Program-made: the position numbers and the translations under genes
DNA from: Nitrospirales bacterium
GTDB lineage: Bacteria; Nitrospirota; Nitrospiria; Nitrospirales; UBA8639
DNA: 64,000 nucleotides
NCBI GenBank assembly: GCA_007570995.1
Contig: RKSG01000145.1
Location: 15,181-79,180 of the forward strand
Direction of reading: 5' to 3'
Shown: positions 46,307 to 56,118 of the stretch, in pieces
Position numbering within the stretch: position 1 is the first letter of the stretch
Layout of the letters: each line of letters opens with the position of its first letter
The notes under the pieces: model-generated
The model's input: only the letters and a program-made list of their open reading frames with translations
The model's database searches: none
Told to the model about the DNA's origin: nothing

Positions 46307-47023
46307 CTAGGGCGTGGTTGCGGCCTGAATGCTTTTTCGGAGATTGGCCGAGTGGTCGTTCGTCACAGTGCCTTTCACGAGAATATCCAGCGGTCGAACA
46401 GGTTCCCCGTAATACGCGACGTTGGAATCATCGCTTGCGTAGAGAATGGCGCCTTCCAGCGAGATACCGACATACGCGCCTTTGGAACGGGCAAATGCCA
46501 GAAAGGCGGCATTGACATTGGCGGATGTCGAGCCTTGAATGCCACCGCCATAGGGCCCTGTGGCAATCGATGCATCTCCGCCGAGTTTGAAGGACGAGGT
46601 GTACAGATTTTCAAGGGCCTCGTGCGTCATCGCCAGGAGAATGACCTCCGACGCATCACCACCCCATTGCAATCCCAGGCTGAGGCCACCCAACACATAA
46701 AAGGCCGGCTGGCTCCACTCTCCTGTCTGTTCGTCACGGGCAAGCGCGATGCCACTACCCCCGTCCGCGCCCACAAAGAATGCAGCCCGTAGTCGTTGCG
46801 GAACAATCAGAATGGCTTTGGCATCGTTGATGTGATTTTGAAACCACGTCAAATTGGGATCTTCCATAAAACTCTCAAATGTATGTTGGGCTTTTTCCAC
46901 AAGTTGTCGTTCCTCCGAGGCATTGGCCGGTGTGGTCAACAGTCCAAGACACAGCAGCAAAGCCGACCACCAGACGAGCCGTAGCGCGCGCGAATGTGGG
47001 ACAGGTCGGGGTGCATACGTCAT
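46307..47023 (-). CDS. SYLF (DUF500/Ysc84-like) lipid-binding domain protein, secreted
   Basis: Signal peptide, then the GGSGIALARD, SLGLQWGGD and FKLGGDASIATGPYGGG repeats typical of SYLF. Confidence 0.8.
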   Translation of the reverse strand: MTYAPRPVPHSRALRLVWWSALLLCLGLLTTPANASEERQLVEKAQHTFESFMEDPNLTWFQNHINDAKAILIVPQRLRAAFFVGADGGSGIALARDEQTGEWSQPAFYVLGGLSLGLQWGGDASEVILLAMTHEALENLYTSSFKLGGDASIATGPYGGGIQGSTSANVNAAFLAFARSKGAYVGISLEGAILYASDDSNVAYYGEPVRPLDILVKGTVTNDHSANLRKSIQAATTP

Positions 47024-47106
47024 AGCTCCTTCCTCCTTCTTCCTTCTTCACACAACCATGAATGACGTGGGGTCAGCCGTGCTCCCAGCTGTCCACCACC
47101 CGGCCG

Positions 47107-47529
47107 TCATTCACCTATCATTTGCACGATGATCTCACGGGATCGTGCTCGTGTATCAAAATCAAGAATAACGATGTCCTGCCAGGTCCCCAGAAGAAGC
47201 TCGTGTCCGGCGAAGGGAATCGTGAGGGAGTGACCCTGGATTTGTCCCCGCAAGTGACTGTGCCCGTTGTCTTCTCCAGGATTGCCGGTGTTATGTTGCC
47301 ACGCGGGATCAGCCGGTACCAGATTGTCCCAGAGCGTGCTGGTGTCGGCTCGCAATCCCGGTTCGTCTTCGACAATCAGCACCGACGCGGTGGTATGTCT
47401 TACGAATATCGTCACGATTCCAGCCTGCAAGCGGGTTTGGGACAGACAGTGTCGGACAGCATCGGAAATGTTCTCCATGTGAGACCTGCCTTGCATGTTC
47501 ACCGAGAACGTGCGTGTGAAGACCGGCAT
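47107..47529 (-). CDS. yjbQ: YjbQ/UPF0047 family protein (secondary thiamine-phosphate synthase)
   Basis: TASVLIVEDEPGL..D.......VP......H......DNGHSHLR......SLTIP...G.L.LGTWQ.I.ILDFD. Confidence 0.85.
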   Translation of the reverse strand: MPVFTRTFSVNMQGRSHMENISDAVRHCLSQTRLQAGIVTIFVRHTTASVLIVEDEPGLRADTSTLWDNLVPADPAWQHNTGNPGEDNGHSHLRGQIQGHSLTIPFAGHELLLGTWQDIVILDFDTRARSREIIVQMIGE

Positions 47530-47538
47530 CAGGGTTCC

Positions 47539-48435
47539 CTACCAGAGCGATCGCAAAAAACGTTGTTCGTCGGGAGAGAGGATTCCTCCTCGAGCGGCTT
47601 TGAGTACGGGGTCAAAGATCCCCGAGGCTGTTAATCGTCGCACCGCATTCAGCACCCGGACGCTTAATCGGTTTTGCCGTTGTAACGAGTCAAGGTAGGT
47701 GAATGCTTCCGTAAAACTTTCCTGCACGCGTGTATAGTAATCTTTGCCCCGTCGTCGGTTACTGTAGGCTTCCAACTGCTCACATGCAATGAGAATTTCT
47801 CCCAATTCCCTGACCCATCCCGGAGACTGCGCCAGTTTTTCAGGATAATAATAGGACAATGTGACGTGTTCCATCCAGGGCAACCAGCGAATGCCCAGGC
47901 TTTCCAGCGTTGGTTTGGCTCGTTTGAGTTGACGACGATGGCGACGGGCAAAATCCAGTCGCATGTCAATCTGTTCGCAGGCCCACGGGGTCAGGGGCAC
48001 GCCTTCGTCGGCCAGTTGTTGACCGTGAGCCTTCACAAATGCCTTGGCTTCTCCGCCGTAACGCGAATGGGGATGCCGTAAACGCCATTCGGCTGGTCTG
48101 GTCGGCACGTTGTGTTTGCGAGCCCATGACCATATTCGTCCAAACAGACGTGGGTCGAGTCCCGCTCGTCCCAGATCATGGAGGAGACAGGCAATGTGAA
48201 ATGATCGGAGTCGTGATGGTTCGTGAGAAAGGTAGCGGGCAACAGCCATGCACATCGTTGCCGTTCTTAAAGCATGGGCCTTATCATACCCGCGAATGAT
48301 GGTGTGGGGTTTCCAGGGGTGGGGGTAGTCGTACAACTGCAGGATGGTTTTGACCAGAGCGTGCGGCAAGACCGGCACAGGGCCGGACCGCCGGTTCGGA
48401 ACGTGATCGGATGGACCAGCAACGAAAGATGGCAT
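47539..48435 (-). CDS. HD-domain phosphohydrolase family protein
   Basis: H...(ALRTATMCMAVARYL)...ACLLHDLGR HD signature. The remainder is not recognisable. It sits 10 nt upstream of yjbQ. Confidence 0.6.
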   Translation of the reverse strand: MPSFVAGPSDHVPNRRSGPVPVLPHALVKTILQLYDYPHPWKPHTIIRGYDKAHALRTATMCMAVARYLSHEPSRLRSFHIACLLHDLGRAGLDPRLFGRIWSWARKHNVPTRPAEWRLRHPHSRYGGEAKAFVKAHGQQLADEGVPLTPWACEQIDMRLDFARRHRRQLKRAKPTLESLGIRWLPWMEHVTLSYYYPEKLAQSPGWVRELGEILIACEQLEAYSNRRRGKDYYTRVQESFTEAFTYLDSLQRQNRLSVRVLNAVRRLTASGIFDPVLKAARGGILSPDEQRFLRSLW

Positions 48436-48606
48436 GGCAAGTGAGCATCAGCTACAATCGTCTACGACGGTAATGACACCGTCGTTCGTCTGTCAAGATC
48501 ACAGCAAGCCAGCAACGTGCGGGCGTATGGCAGCCAGGTTGCGGAACGGGCACGGGGAAGGATAGCGCGTGCGGGGAAAGGGTAGGGTACTCGCTGCTTT
48601 TCCGGT

Positions 48607-51600
48607 ATGCCAGGTCTGCTTCGTCCGTTCAGCCTCCCTTATGCCATGCCCTCGCACTTTTCAGCCCGGAGGGCATGCGTGACGTCCAATCGAAAACGCT
48701 GGATGCTGACCCTGTGTCTCCTGCTGGTTGTGTGTCTGGCCGGTGTGGCCTATGTGGTGACTTTTCAGAAGCATGCCTTGCGCAACATGGTGCAGGGGCT
48801 CATTGCCGGCTCCCTGGGAGCACCGGTCACCTTCCAGCACATTCGCGTGGAGATTTTCCCTCGTCCGAGGTTAACCCTGACAGGCGTCAGCATCGGTGAC
48901 CCGGAGCGGGACAATCCGATCTTTCAAGCCTCGGATATTCGGCTGGGGATCAGTGTGTTCTCGCTGGCGCAGGATGCGCTTGAGCCCAATGTTGTGACCA
49001 TTGAGAATGCACATCTTGATCTTGAACGGGACGAACATGGGCAATGGAACTATCACGACCTGCTTCACGGTGGGGCATCCAACGGGTTGGGGGTGCTCCT
49101 GTCCGGGTTTGCACTGGAACTGGTCAATGGGTCACTGGAGATCGAAGATCGGTTCTCCCGCGAAGTTCCGTTACACTTCCGCGCAGACGAGATCGAACTG
49201 CAGGTTGAGCGATTCGCGCTGAAGGGCTCAACGGATGTGTTTCTTTCCGCGCGCCTGTCTGATCAGGGAACGGGATCCTTGTTGTCGTCTTACGGTACTA
49301 TCGAGCATGTCGGCGGATTTCTGGGTGTGATCCCAACGGAACCTGGGGACCTGCCTCCACAACTTGCGCTGCATACTCGCGTGGAATTTGATCGACACAC
49401 GCTTGTCCAGGCAACGAATTTTTTCAGGTTTGGGGCCGTGCCGGCAGACTTCCAGGGACACACCACGGCTCATGGACATGTTCGTATTGCACCAGGCGTG
49501 CGGGGATATGATCTGGTGCTGTCCGATCTCGTGGTGTTGACGGACGTTGTCGACCTGAATGTGGACCTGATTATGGCAGGTTTATTCCATTCCGAGCCTC
49601 CAACCATCTCCAGTCAGTGGACGAGTACGCCATTAGCCATTCGTCATTTGTCTCACGTGCTCCCGAGTGACTGGCTTGCTTCTGACCTGTATCAGAATAT
49701 TCGCCGGCAGGTCCTTCACGGCAAGATCCAGGCGGTGTCAGCGACAGTATCAGGCTCTGCCCGCGAGGGATGGGGATATTCCCTTGGAGGAGAATTTCAC
49801 CTGTCGGAGGGAACTGTGGCCTTCGGTTCCGAGTGGGGACAGGCTGAACAGGTCAGCGGGGTCATCCATGTCCGGCCCGACCGGATTCGGTTGTCCGGTT
49901 TTCAGGGCCTCTACGGGCACATTCCCGTGACGGAGGCAACGGGCATCATTCTTTTGAACGAGGACGGCCCCTGGCTGACGACGGAACTGGTGGGAGTGGT
50001 GTCTCCAACACAATTGACCGATGTCGTCCAGAAGATATTTGATTGGGAGACTGAACGATATGCCATGCCGTTTGTTCAGGGTCAGGCAGGCCAGGGGATC
50101 ATGACGCTGCGGTTCGGTGGCCCTCTTCAGGACCCGGCACGCATCATGTTCCAGGATGCGCAGTATCGCCCGGAACAGGTGACGTTACAACTTCCCGGGT
50201 CGCAGGGCCTTGTCACCCACCTGAACGGGGTTCTCGCCTTTTCGCCAAACTATCTGCGTTTTGAAAACGTCCGGGGACAGTATGGAACGAGCGATTTTCA
50301 TATCGAAGGGCAGATGGACTTTGCAAAGCCATCCTCTCTTGGCGAGGTGAGTATTCAGGGACGCCTCCACAGCGATGATCTCGCCACGTTGTTTCCAGAA
50401 TCATCCTTGGCGGAGCAGGAGGTGCTTTCAGGGACCGCCGACTACCTGGTCGTGGTGACCGGCAAACCTGAAATCCCGGTCATTCGAGGAACCGTTGATT
50501 TACAGGGATTGGGCATTGTGGTGCCGGGGATCATCAACAAAGCTCTTCCCCTCGAAGGACAGTTCGCTTGGAACGTTCAGCTTGGCAAGAATCGCCAACT
50601 CGCTTTCCGTCACGTTTCCCTGACCTTTCCGTCTGTCAGTCTGACGGGGCAAGGACATTTGCGTTATGGTCAAACGCCGGCCCTGAATGTCTCACTGACC
50701 AGTGCGCCCATACATCTTACCGATCTCCCACCAGGCCTTCGGTTGTTTGACGGGGTGATACCGGCCGGGACGCTGGAAGTTGCGCTGGCGCTTCAGGGAA
50801 CGGGACATGACTGGCGGTCATGGAGCAAGTCGGGATGGGTGGCGCTCACACAGGGCACCATCAATCTTGACGGGATGACGCCGCCAGTTTCGCACGTGTT
50901 TCTTCGTGCCAGGCTGAACGGACATGCCGTCGATCTGAAGCAGCTGCAATGGAGAATGGGGGAAAGCCTGGCGCGGGCCACGGGCGTCATTCAACAATGG
51001 GACAGTCAACCCGCGATGACCTTTACGTTGACGTCGTCTCAATTTGATCTGGCTCGTCTGATCCCCAGTGGGCCGCGATCCATCCTGCGAAAGACTTTGG
51101 AAGACATTGCCCGGACGGCCACCATCTCCGGAGATCTGCAGTTCGATCGCGCCTGGTACAACGAATTGTCTTTTCGGGCGTTAACCGGTCGACTCCGGAT
51201 CCAGAACAGTGTCATCAGCCTTGAGGCTGTTCAGGGACAGACGACACATGGCACGATTCGAGGACAGATGGTCACCCATCTGCCTGCCGATCGACCAGCC
51301 ACGGTGAAAACCAGGTTTGCGGTGCACAAGATTCCTCTGTTAGCGCTGGAACAAACCTTTCTCGAAGAGAAGACGCTGGATGAACGATTACTGACGGGAA
51401 TGGTGTCTGTGGAAGGCATGCTGGCAGGACACGGGAACGATGCTCGTGGCATCCTCCCGACACTCACTGGACGTCTGAAAATTGCGATTGCGGATGGGCG
51501 CATCAAACGGGGCACGGTGATCCCGAAAATACTGGCCCTCCTGAATGTTCCGAGCATGTTGCAGGGACAGGTCGATCTCCTGGAGGAAGGCTATCCCTTT

Positions 51601-52041
51601 GATAAACAAACGGGGACATTGACCGTCGACAACGGCCGCCTTGTTTCAGAAGATATTGTCATGGACGGACCAATTCTGAAAATGACCGCTGCGGGGCAGT
51701 ATGACTTTATGCACGATGAACTGAACGTGGTGGCTGCTTCCAGCCCGCTTGGTTCCTATTTTGATCTTCTTCGGAAAATCTCGTTGTTTGGGATGCTGAT
51801 TGATGACGACCAGGAGGTGCTCTCGGCATTGTTTGAAATCAAGGGATCGCTCAGCGATCCCCAGGTGACCTACATGCCGTTGGAATCCCTTGCGTTCGGG
51901 GTCACGCAGTTTGGCGAACTGGCTTTTAATGTTCTGAAAAATACGATCACCCTGCCCAAGAAAATGTTTTTCCATGAGGAGCCCACAGTACTACCGGAGG
52001 TTCAATCCGCTGACTCCGGGCACGAAGATGAGGAATTCTGA
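48607..52041 (+). CDS. AsmA-family large envelope protein (AsmA/YhdP/TamB-like)
   Basis: 1144 aa with an N-terminal TM anchor (MLTLCLLLVVCLAGVAYVV), a long beta-rich repetitive body, and an AsmA-like C-terminal region. The true start may be an internal Met. Confidence 0.8.
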   Translation: MPGLLRPFSLPYAMPSHFSARRACVTSNRKRWMLTLCLLLVVCLAGVAYVVTFQKHALRNMVQGLIAGSLGAPVTFQHIRVEIFPRPRLTLTGVSIGDPERDNPIFQASDIRLGISVFSLAQDALEPNVVTIENAHLDLERDEHGQWNYHDLLHGGASNGLGVLLSGFALELVNGSLEIEDRFSREVPLHFRADEIELQVERFALKGSTDVFLSARLSDQGTGSLLSSYGTIEHVGGFLGVIPTEPGDLPPQLALHTRVEFDRHTLVQATNFFRFGAVPADFQGHTTAHGHVRIAPGVRGYDLVLSDLVVLTDVVDLNVDLIMAGLFHSEPPTISSQWTSTPLAIRHLSHVLPSDWLASDLYQNIRRQVLHGKIQAVSATVSGSAREGWGYSLGGEFHLSEGTVAFGSEWGQAEQVSGVIHVRPDRIRLSGFQGLYGHIPVTEATGIILLNEDGPWLTTELVGVVSPTQLTDVVQKIFDWETERYAMPFVQGQAGQGIMTLRFGGPLQDPARIMFQDAQYRPEQVTLQLPGSQGLVTHLNGVLAFSPNYLRFENVRGQYGTSDFHIEGQMDFAKPSSLGEVSIQGRLHSDDLATLFPESSLAEQEVLSGTADYLVVVTGKPEIPVIRGTVDLQGLGIVVPGIINKALPLEGQFAWNVQLGKNRQLAFRHVSLTFPSVSLTGQGHLRYGQTPALNVSLTSAPIHLTDLPPGLRLFDGVIPAGTLEVALALQGTGHDWRSWSKSGWVALTQGTINLDGMTPPVSHVFLRARLNGHAVDLKQLQWRMGESLARATGVIQQWDSQPAMTFTLTSSQFDLARLIPSGPRSILRKTLEDIARTATISGDLQFDRAWYNELSFRALTGRLRIQNSVISLEAVQGQTTHGTIRGQMVTHLPADRPATVKTRFAVHKIPLLALEQTFLEEKTLDERLLTGMVSVEGMLAGHGNDARGILPTLTGRLKIAIADGRIKRGTVIPKILALLNVPSMLQGQVDLLEEGYPFDKQTGTLTVDNGRLVSEDIVMDGPILKMTAAGQYDFMHDELNVVAASSPLGSYFDLLRKISLFGMLIDDDQEVLSALFEIKGSLSDPQVTYMPLESLAFGVTQFGELAFNVLKNTITLPKKMFFHEEPTVLPEVQSADSGHEDEEF

Positions 52042-52056
52042 CGATGGCCAGGGGGG

Positions 52057-53097
52057 ATGTCCGACATGATTCCCACTGTTGAATGGAAAGCAGGGGTCAT
52101 TTGTCTCCTTGACCAGACACAGTTGCCTGGCCGCACGATGATTTTTGAATGCAGAGACGTGGCGACAGTGGCATCCGCTATTCGTGAGTTGCGTGTGCGG
52201 GGAGCACCGGCTATCGGTGTCACGGCAGCCATGGGCGTTGCGCTGGGAGCGCAATCCGTGGCAACGACCGATGTCCCTGTCTTTGAGAAACACGTTCTGG
52301 CCGTATGTGAACAACTGGCCGCCACGCGACCCACGGCGATCAATCTTTTCTGGGCACTTGAACGGATGAAAAGAGTCCTGCAAACGAACCGCGAACGCAC
52401 GGTCGGTGAGATTCAGTCCCGGCTGGTGGACGAAGCCCTGGCCATTCAACAGGAAGATATCGCGATGTGTAAAACCATGGGCCAGCACGGGGCCACCCTT
52501 ATCCGGCACAGGCAGAACATTTTAACGCATTGCAATGCCGGTGCTTTGGCAACAGCCGGCTATGGCACGGCTTTGGGTGTGGTGAGGGCTGCATGGGAAC
52601 AAGGGAAAAAGATTCATGTCTTCGCCGGTGAAACTCGACCCGTTCTTCAAGGTGCCAGACTGACGGTCTGGGAATTGATGGAAGATGGCATTCCTGTCAC
52701 GCTGATCACGGATAATATGGCCGGAGCTCTCATGCAACAGGGCCGGATTGATCTCTGTGTGGTAGGCGCGGACCGGATCGCGGCCAACGGCGATGTGGCA
52801 AATAAAATTGGCACGTATTCCATCGCAGTGCTCGCCCGTGTTCATAGCATCCCGTTTTATGTGGTGGCTCCCTCGTCGACCATTGACCTCCTGGCTCTGT
52901 CCGGTTCACCGGTGCCTATTGAAGAACGCCCGTCCTGTGAAATCACCGCGTTGCATGGAGGGACATGGATTGCTCCCCAAGGCGTCCATGTCCTGAATCC
53001 TGCCTTTGATGTGACGCCCGCCGAGTATATTACCGCGATCGTCACGGAGCGGGGGGTGTTCGCACCAGACCGGGTCGCGGAAACCATTCAACGCTGA
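52057..53097 (+). CDS. mtnA: S-methyl-5-thioribose-1-phosphate isomerase
   Basis: eIF-2B alpha/beta/delta-like fold: LLDQT.LP, RGAPAIGV.AA, THCNAG.LAT.GYGTALG, ETRP.LQGARLT.WEL, and GADRIA.NGD.ANKIGTY. Confidence 0.9.
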   Translation: MSDMIPTVEWKAGVICLLDQTQLPGRTMIFECRDVATVASAIRELRVRGAPAIGVTAAMGVALGAQSVATTDVPVFEKHVLAVCEQLAATRPTAINLFWALERMKRVLQTNRERTVGEIQSRLVDEALAIQQEDIAMCKTMGQHGATLIRHRQNILTHCNAGALATAGYGTALGVVRAAWEQGKKIHVFAGETRPVLQGARLTVWELMEDGIPVTLITDNMAGALMQQGRIDLCVVGADRIAANGDVANKIGTYSIAVLARVHSIPFYVVAPSSTIDLLALSGSPVPIEERPSCEITALHGGTWIAPQGVHVLNPAFDVTPAEYITAIVTERGVFAPDRVAETIQR

Positions 53098-53123
53098 ACC
53101 AGAAACCAGGAAGGAACGCTGCC

Positions 53124-53723
53124 CTATCCGAAGCGCCCCTCCAGTACGATTTCAGCCAGGGAACGTCGGCTGTTGGGAAACTCTCGCTCCATAAGGTGTG
53201 GCGGTAAGGCTTCTTTGGACGCTCGCCTGCCAATCGCGACCATGGCGAGGACGGCATACATCTCGGGGACGTTGAGCGTGTTCCTGGCCCTGTCATAATC
53301 GAATCCCTGCATGCCGTGGACGGCGAGGCCCCGGCGTGTCCCCTCTAACGCTAAATTTTCCCATGCCGCGCCCGCATCAAAGGCATGCGTGACCGCCGGT
53401 TGGTCATCGCGTTCAAAGAGCTTTCGGGACGTGATGACAATGAGCACAGCGGCATGTTGCGCCCAGACCCTGTTGCCTTCGACAAGCAAATCAACAAACG
53501 TCTCCCAGAACGGCGATTGCCGCTTGGCGTAGACGAAACGCCACAGTTGCGCATTATTGGACGATGGTGCCCAACGTGCTGCTTCAAACAGTGGCATGAG
53601 TTCATCGTCGGATATTGCCTCCCCGGTCATGGAGCGAGGCGACCATCTGTTTAAAATCAGGGGATGAACAGGGTACTGGGCTTTTCGGTGTTCCTGAACT
53701 TCTTCTGTGAGTGCATTGTCCAT
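53124..53723 (-). CDS. nitroreductase family protein
   Basis: R.S.R......ISD.EL..L.EAARWAPSS.N.Q.W.F motif and the typical length. Confidence 0.85.
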   Translation of the reverse strand: MDNALTEEVQEHRKAQYPVHPLILNRWSPRSMTGEAISDDELMPLFEAARWAPSSNNAQLWRFVYAKRQSPFWETFVDLLVEGNRVWAQHAAVLIVITSRKLFERDDQPAVTHAFDAGAAWENLALEGTRRGLAVHGMQGFDYDRARNTLNVPEMYAVLAMVAIGRRASKEALPPHLMEREFPNSRRSLAEIVLEGRFG

Positions 53724-53738
53724 GACACATTCCTTTCT

Positions 53739-55244
53739 TCATCGTCGTTGCCCTGCGTTTTGGGATGACGCTGTAACGCATTCGGAACCATTGGCTGACT
53801 TGAGCCGCTCCAGGCGTGCCTGGTCCACAGCGATCCACATGCTTTTTCCACGGGTCACCGTGACGGAGCCTGGCTTTGCTCCTTTGGGTTTTCTGACGTA
53901 TTTTCTCGGCGTGTAGAGGATGTCACCTTTCCCTTGTTTTCGACCATTGCTGTAAAACAACGCCAGGGTGGCGGCATCCTTGAGTGTTTCAGGCGGGACC
54001 TGCTGGCGTTTGTGCAATTCGACGATCACGTGTGCCCCCGACGTGCCACTGGCATGCAACCAGAGATCGTCAGGTTTGGATACCGTGAAGGTCAGAATAT
54101 CATTCCCGCTCGCGTTGTTTCCGACCAGAATGGCGTATCCATCATGAGAGCAAAAACGACGATAGGCCGTCGCGGCTGGTTTTGTTGACATGCCTGGCCG
54201 TGGAATGTGCCGTCGAACCATTGCGTGCTCTCTGGTCCCGTTCTCAGAGAGCATGGTCACCTGTCCACTTTCCCATTCATGTAACATCCGTTGAAGTGTG
54301 ACCAGTCCGTTTTTGGTCTCCTCAAGACGAGGAACAAGATGCTTCTGTGCCCCGGCATATTTGCGGTACTTTTTAAAATACGTGGCAAGGTTGGCGGTTC
54401 CGTTTTTTTCAGGATCCAGCGGCAGGGTGATCACAGGCAGGGTTTCATCAAAATAATCAATCACGCGAATGTCGCGTTGCCCTTTTCTCAGGGTATTGAC
54501 TTGGTGTTTCAACAGCTCGCCGAACCGCCCGTACTCACGATAGGGGGCGACTGCATCAAGATCCCCGGTGAGTTTCGATATCCGCCGCCGAAATTGCTGC
54601 ACCGTGGCCCGCAAGCCAGCTATGTGTTGGCGACGTTCCTTTTCAAGATGTGCGTCCCGTTCGGCTGTGCGATACGTCTCTTCAATCCGTTGCGAAACGG
54701 GAAAGTCTGCCTCATGAACAGCATGACGGCGCGGACAATCTTCCTGTACGGCCTGGAATGTGTCAGTGGTCAGGGGAACAGGGGAGAAGGTAAATGGTTG
54801 GCCCACGATCCGGCCAGGGACGGTTTCGGGTTTAAGGGATCGTAACACCATGGCCCGGGAGTCCAGAACGAACAGGTTGGCCGAACGTCCAGTAAGGGCC
54901 GCCACCAGAAAGAACCGTGTGTCGTGTTTGTTCAGTTCCAGCCAGACAATGCGGTCACCAGGGGTCTGGACGATACGCTGAACCCGGGTACCCAGGAGAT
55001 GAGCACGACAATATTGACAGAACGAGGGAGGAGTCGGTGCACCGGGCATGGTTTGGTGCAGCATATGCACCCGGCCGTGTTGGGGATGGGCTGAAATGAG
55101 TATGGAACATGACCGTTGTGGTCGGCGAAGAGCGATGATGATCGTATGCGGCGAGGGTTGCTGAATTTTCTGAACCAAGCCGCCGACGCACACCGGCATC
55201 ATTTCGGCGAGGACCTCACGCACGTCATGGAGGCTGACCGTCAT
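53739..55244 (-). CDS. NFACT-family protein (FbpA/RqcH-like; NFACT-N + coiled coil + NFACT-R/DUF814)
   Basis: NFACT-N with a conserved Asp-Arg pair (TPGDRIVWLEL), a central coiled coil, and a C-terminal DUF814 core (DDLWLHASGTSGAHVIV). Confidence 0.75.
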   Translation of the reverse strand: MTVSLHDVREVLAEMMPVCVGGLVQKIQQPSPHTIIIALRRPQRSCSILISAHPQHGRVHMLHQTMPGAPTPPSFCQYCRAHLLGTRVQRIVQTPGDRIVWLELNKHDTRFFLVAALTGRSANLFVLDSRAMVLRSLKPETVPGRIVGQPFTFSPVPLTTDTFQAVQEDCPRRHAVHEADFPVSQRIEETYRTAERDAHLEKERRQHIAGLRATVQQFRRRISKLTGDLDAVAPYREYGRFGELLKHQVNTLRKGQRDIRVIDYFDETLPVITLPLDPEKNGTANLATYFKKYRKYAGAQKHLVPRLEETKNGLVTLQRMLHEWESGQVTMLSENGTREHAMVRRHIPRPGMSTKPAATAYRRFCSHDGYAILVGNNASGNDILTFTVSKPDDLWLHASGTSGAHVIVELHKRQQVPPETLKDAATLALFYSNGRKQGKGDILYTPRKYVRKPKGAKPGSVTVTRGKSMWIAVDQARLERLKSANGSECVTASSQNAGQRR

Positions 55245-55293
55245 GTTCGGCCTTCAGAGCCACGATGCGTGGAGTACCGTGTGAGAAGAAACG

Positions 55294-56115
55294 TTATCGT
55301 GCATCGTTGAACGAGCAAGCTGCTTTCAGCCCGGCTGTGAAGTGGCTGACAGCTTGCAGGTAATCCGGGGCATGCTGGTGTTCTTCGATGATTCGGACGA
55401 AGGCACTGCCGACGATGACACCATCGGCAAAGGCCGCGATGTGTCGTGCCTCCTCGGGCGTGGCAATGCCAAACCCGACAGCCACCGGTTTCCGTGCTTG
55501 TCTTTGCAGTGCCAGAACGTTGCGTTGAATGGAATCCAGATCTCGCAGTTTTGCCCCGGTGATCCCGGTCATGGATACATAATAAATGAATCCCCTGGTT
55601 CGTGTGATCACGTCGGTTTGCCTTGAAGGGGTACTCGTTGGTGCCAGGAGAAAAATCACGCAAAGGCCTTGCTCATCGGCGGCTTTCTGTAACCGGTCTG
55701 CTTCTTCAGGCGGCATGTCAGGAACAATGACTCCGTCCACCCCGGCTTCCACCGCCTCGTGACAAAATCGTTGTTCCCCCATGGCCATAATGGTGTTGTA
55801 ATAGGCCATGAGTATCAGCGGTACTTGCGTGATGGCACGGACGGATTTGACCAGACGGATAATACCGGGGAGTGAGGTGCCTGACCGCAAGGCCCGCTCT
55901 GCCGCCCGTTGAATGACGGGACCGTCGGCAATAGGATCAGAAAACGGGACTCCGATTTCAATCAGATCGGCACCAGCCCGTTCCAGAGAGAGGATCAGGG
56001 ATTCCGTATCAGCCAACGAGGGATCTCCCGCCATGATATAGGGAATCAGGGCTTTCTCCGTCCGTTGACGGAGACACTGAAAGGTGGCAGCAATGCGATG
56101 GGAGGACATGGGCAT
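55294..56115 (-). CDS. trpA: tryptophan synthase alpha chain
   Basis: LIPYI.AGDP, IE.G.PFSDP.ADGP.IQ and YY...GVTG motifs. Confidence 0.95.
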   Translation of the reverse strand: MPMSSHRIAATFQCLRQRTEKALIPYIMAGDPSLADTESLILSLERAGADLIEIGVPFSDPIADGPVIQRAAERALRSGTSLPGIIRLVKSVRAITQVPLILMAYYNTIMAMGEQRFCHEAVEAGVDGVIVPDMPPEEADRLQKAADEQGLCVIFLLAPTSTPSRQTDVITRTRGFIYYVSMTGITGAKLRDLDSIQRNVLALQRQARKPVAVGFGIATPEEARHIAAFADGVIVGSAFVRIIEEHQHAPDYLQAVSHFTAGLKAACSFNDAR

Positions 56116-56118
56116 GGT

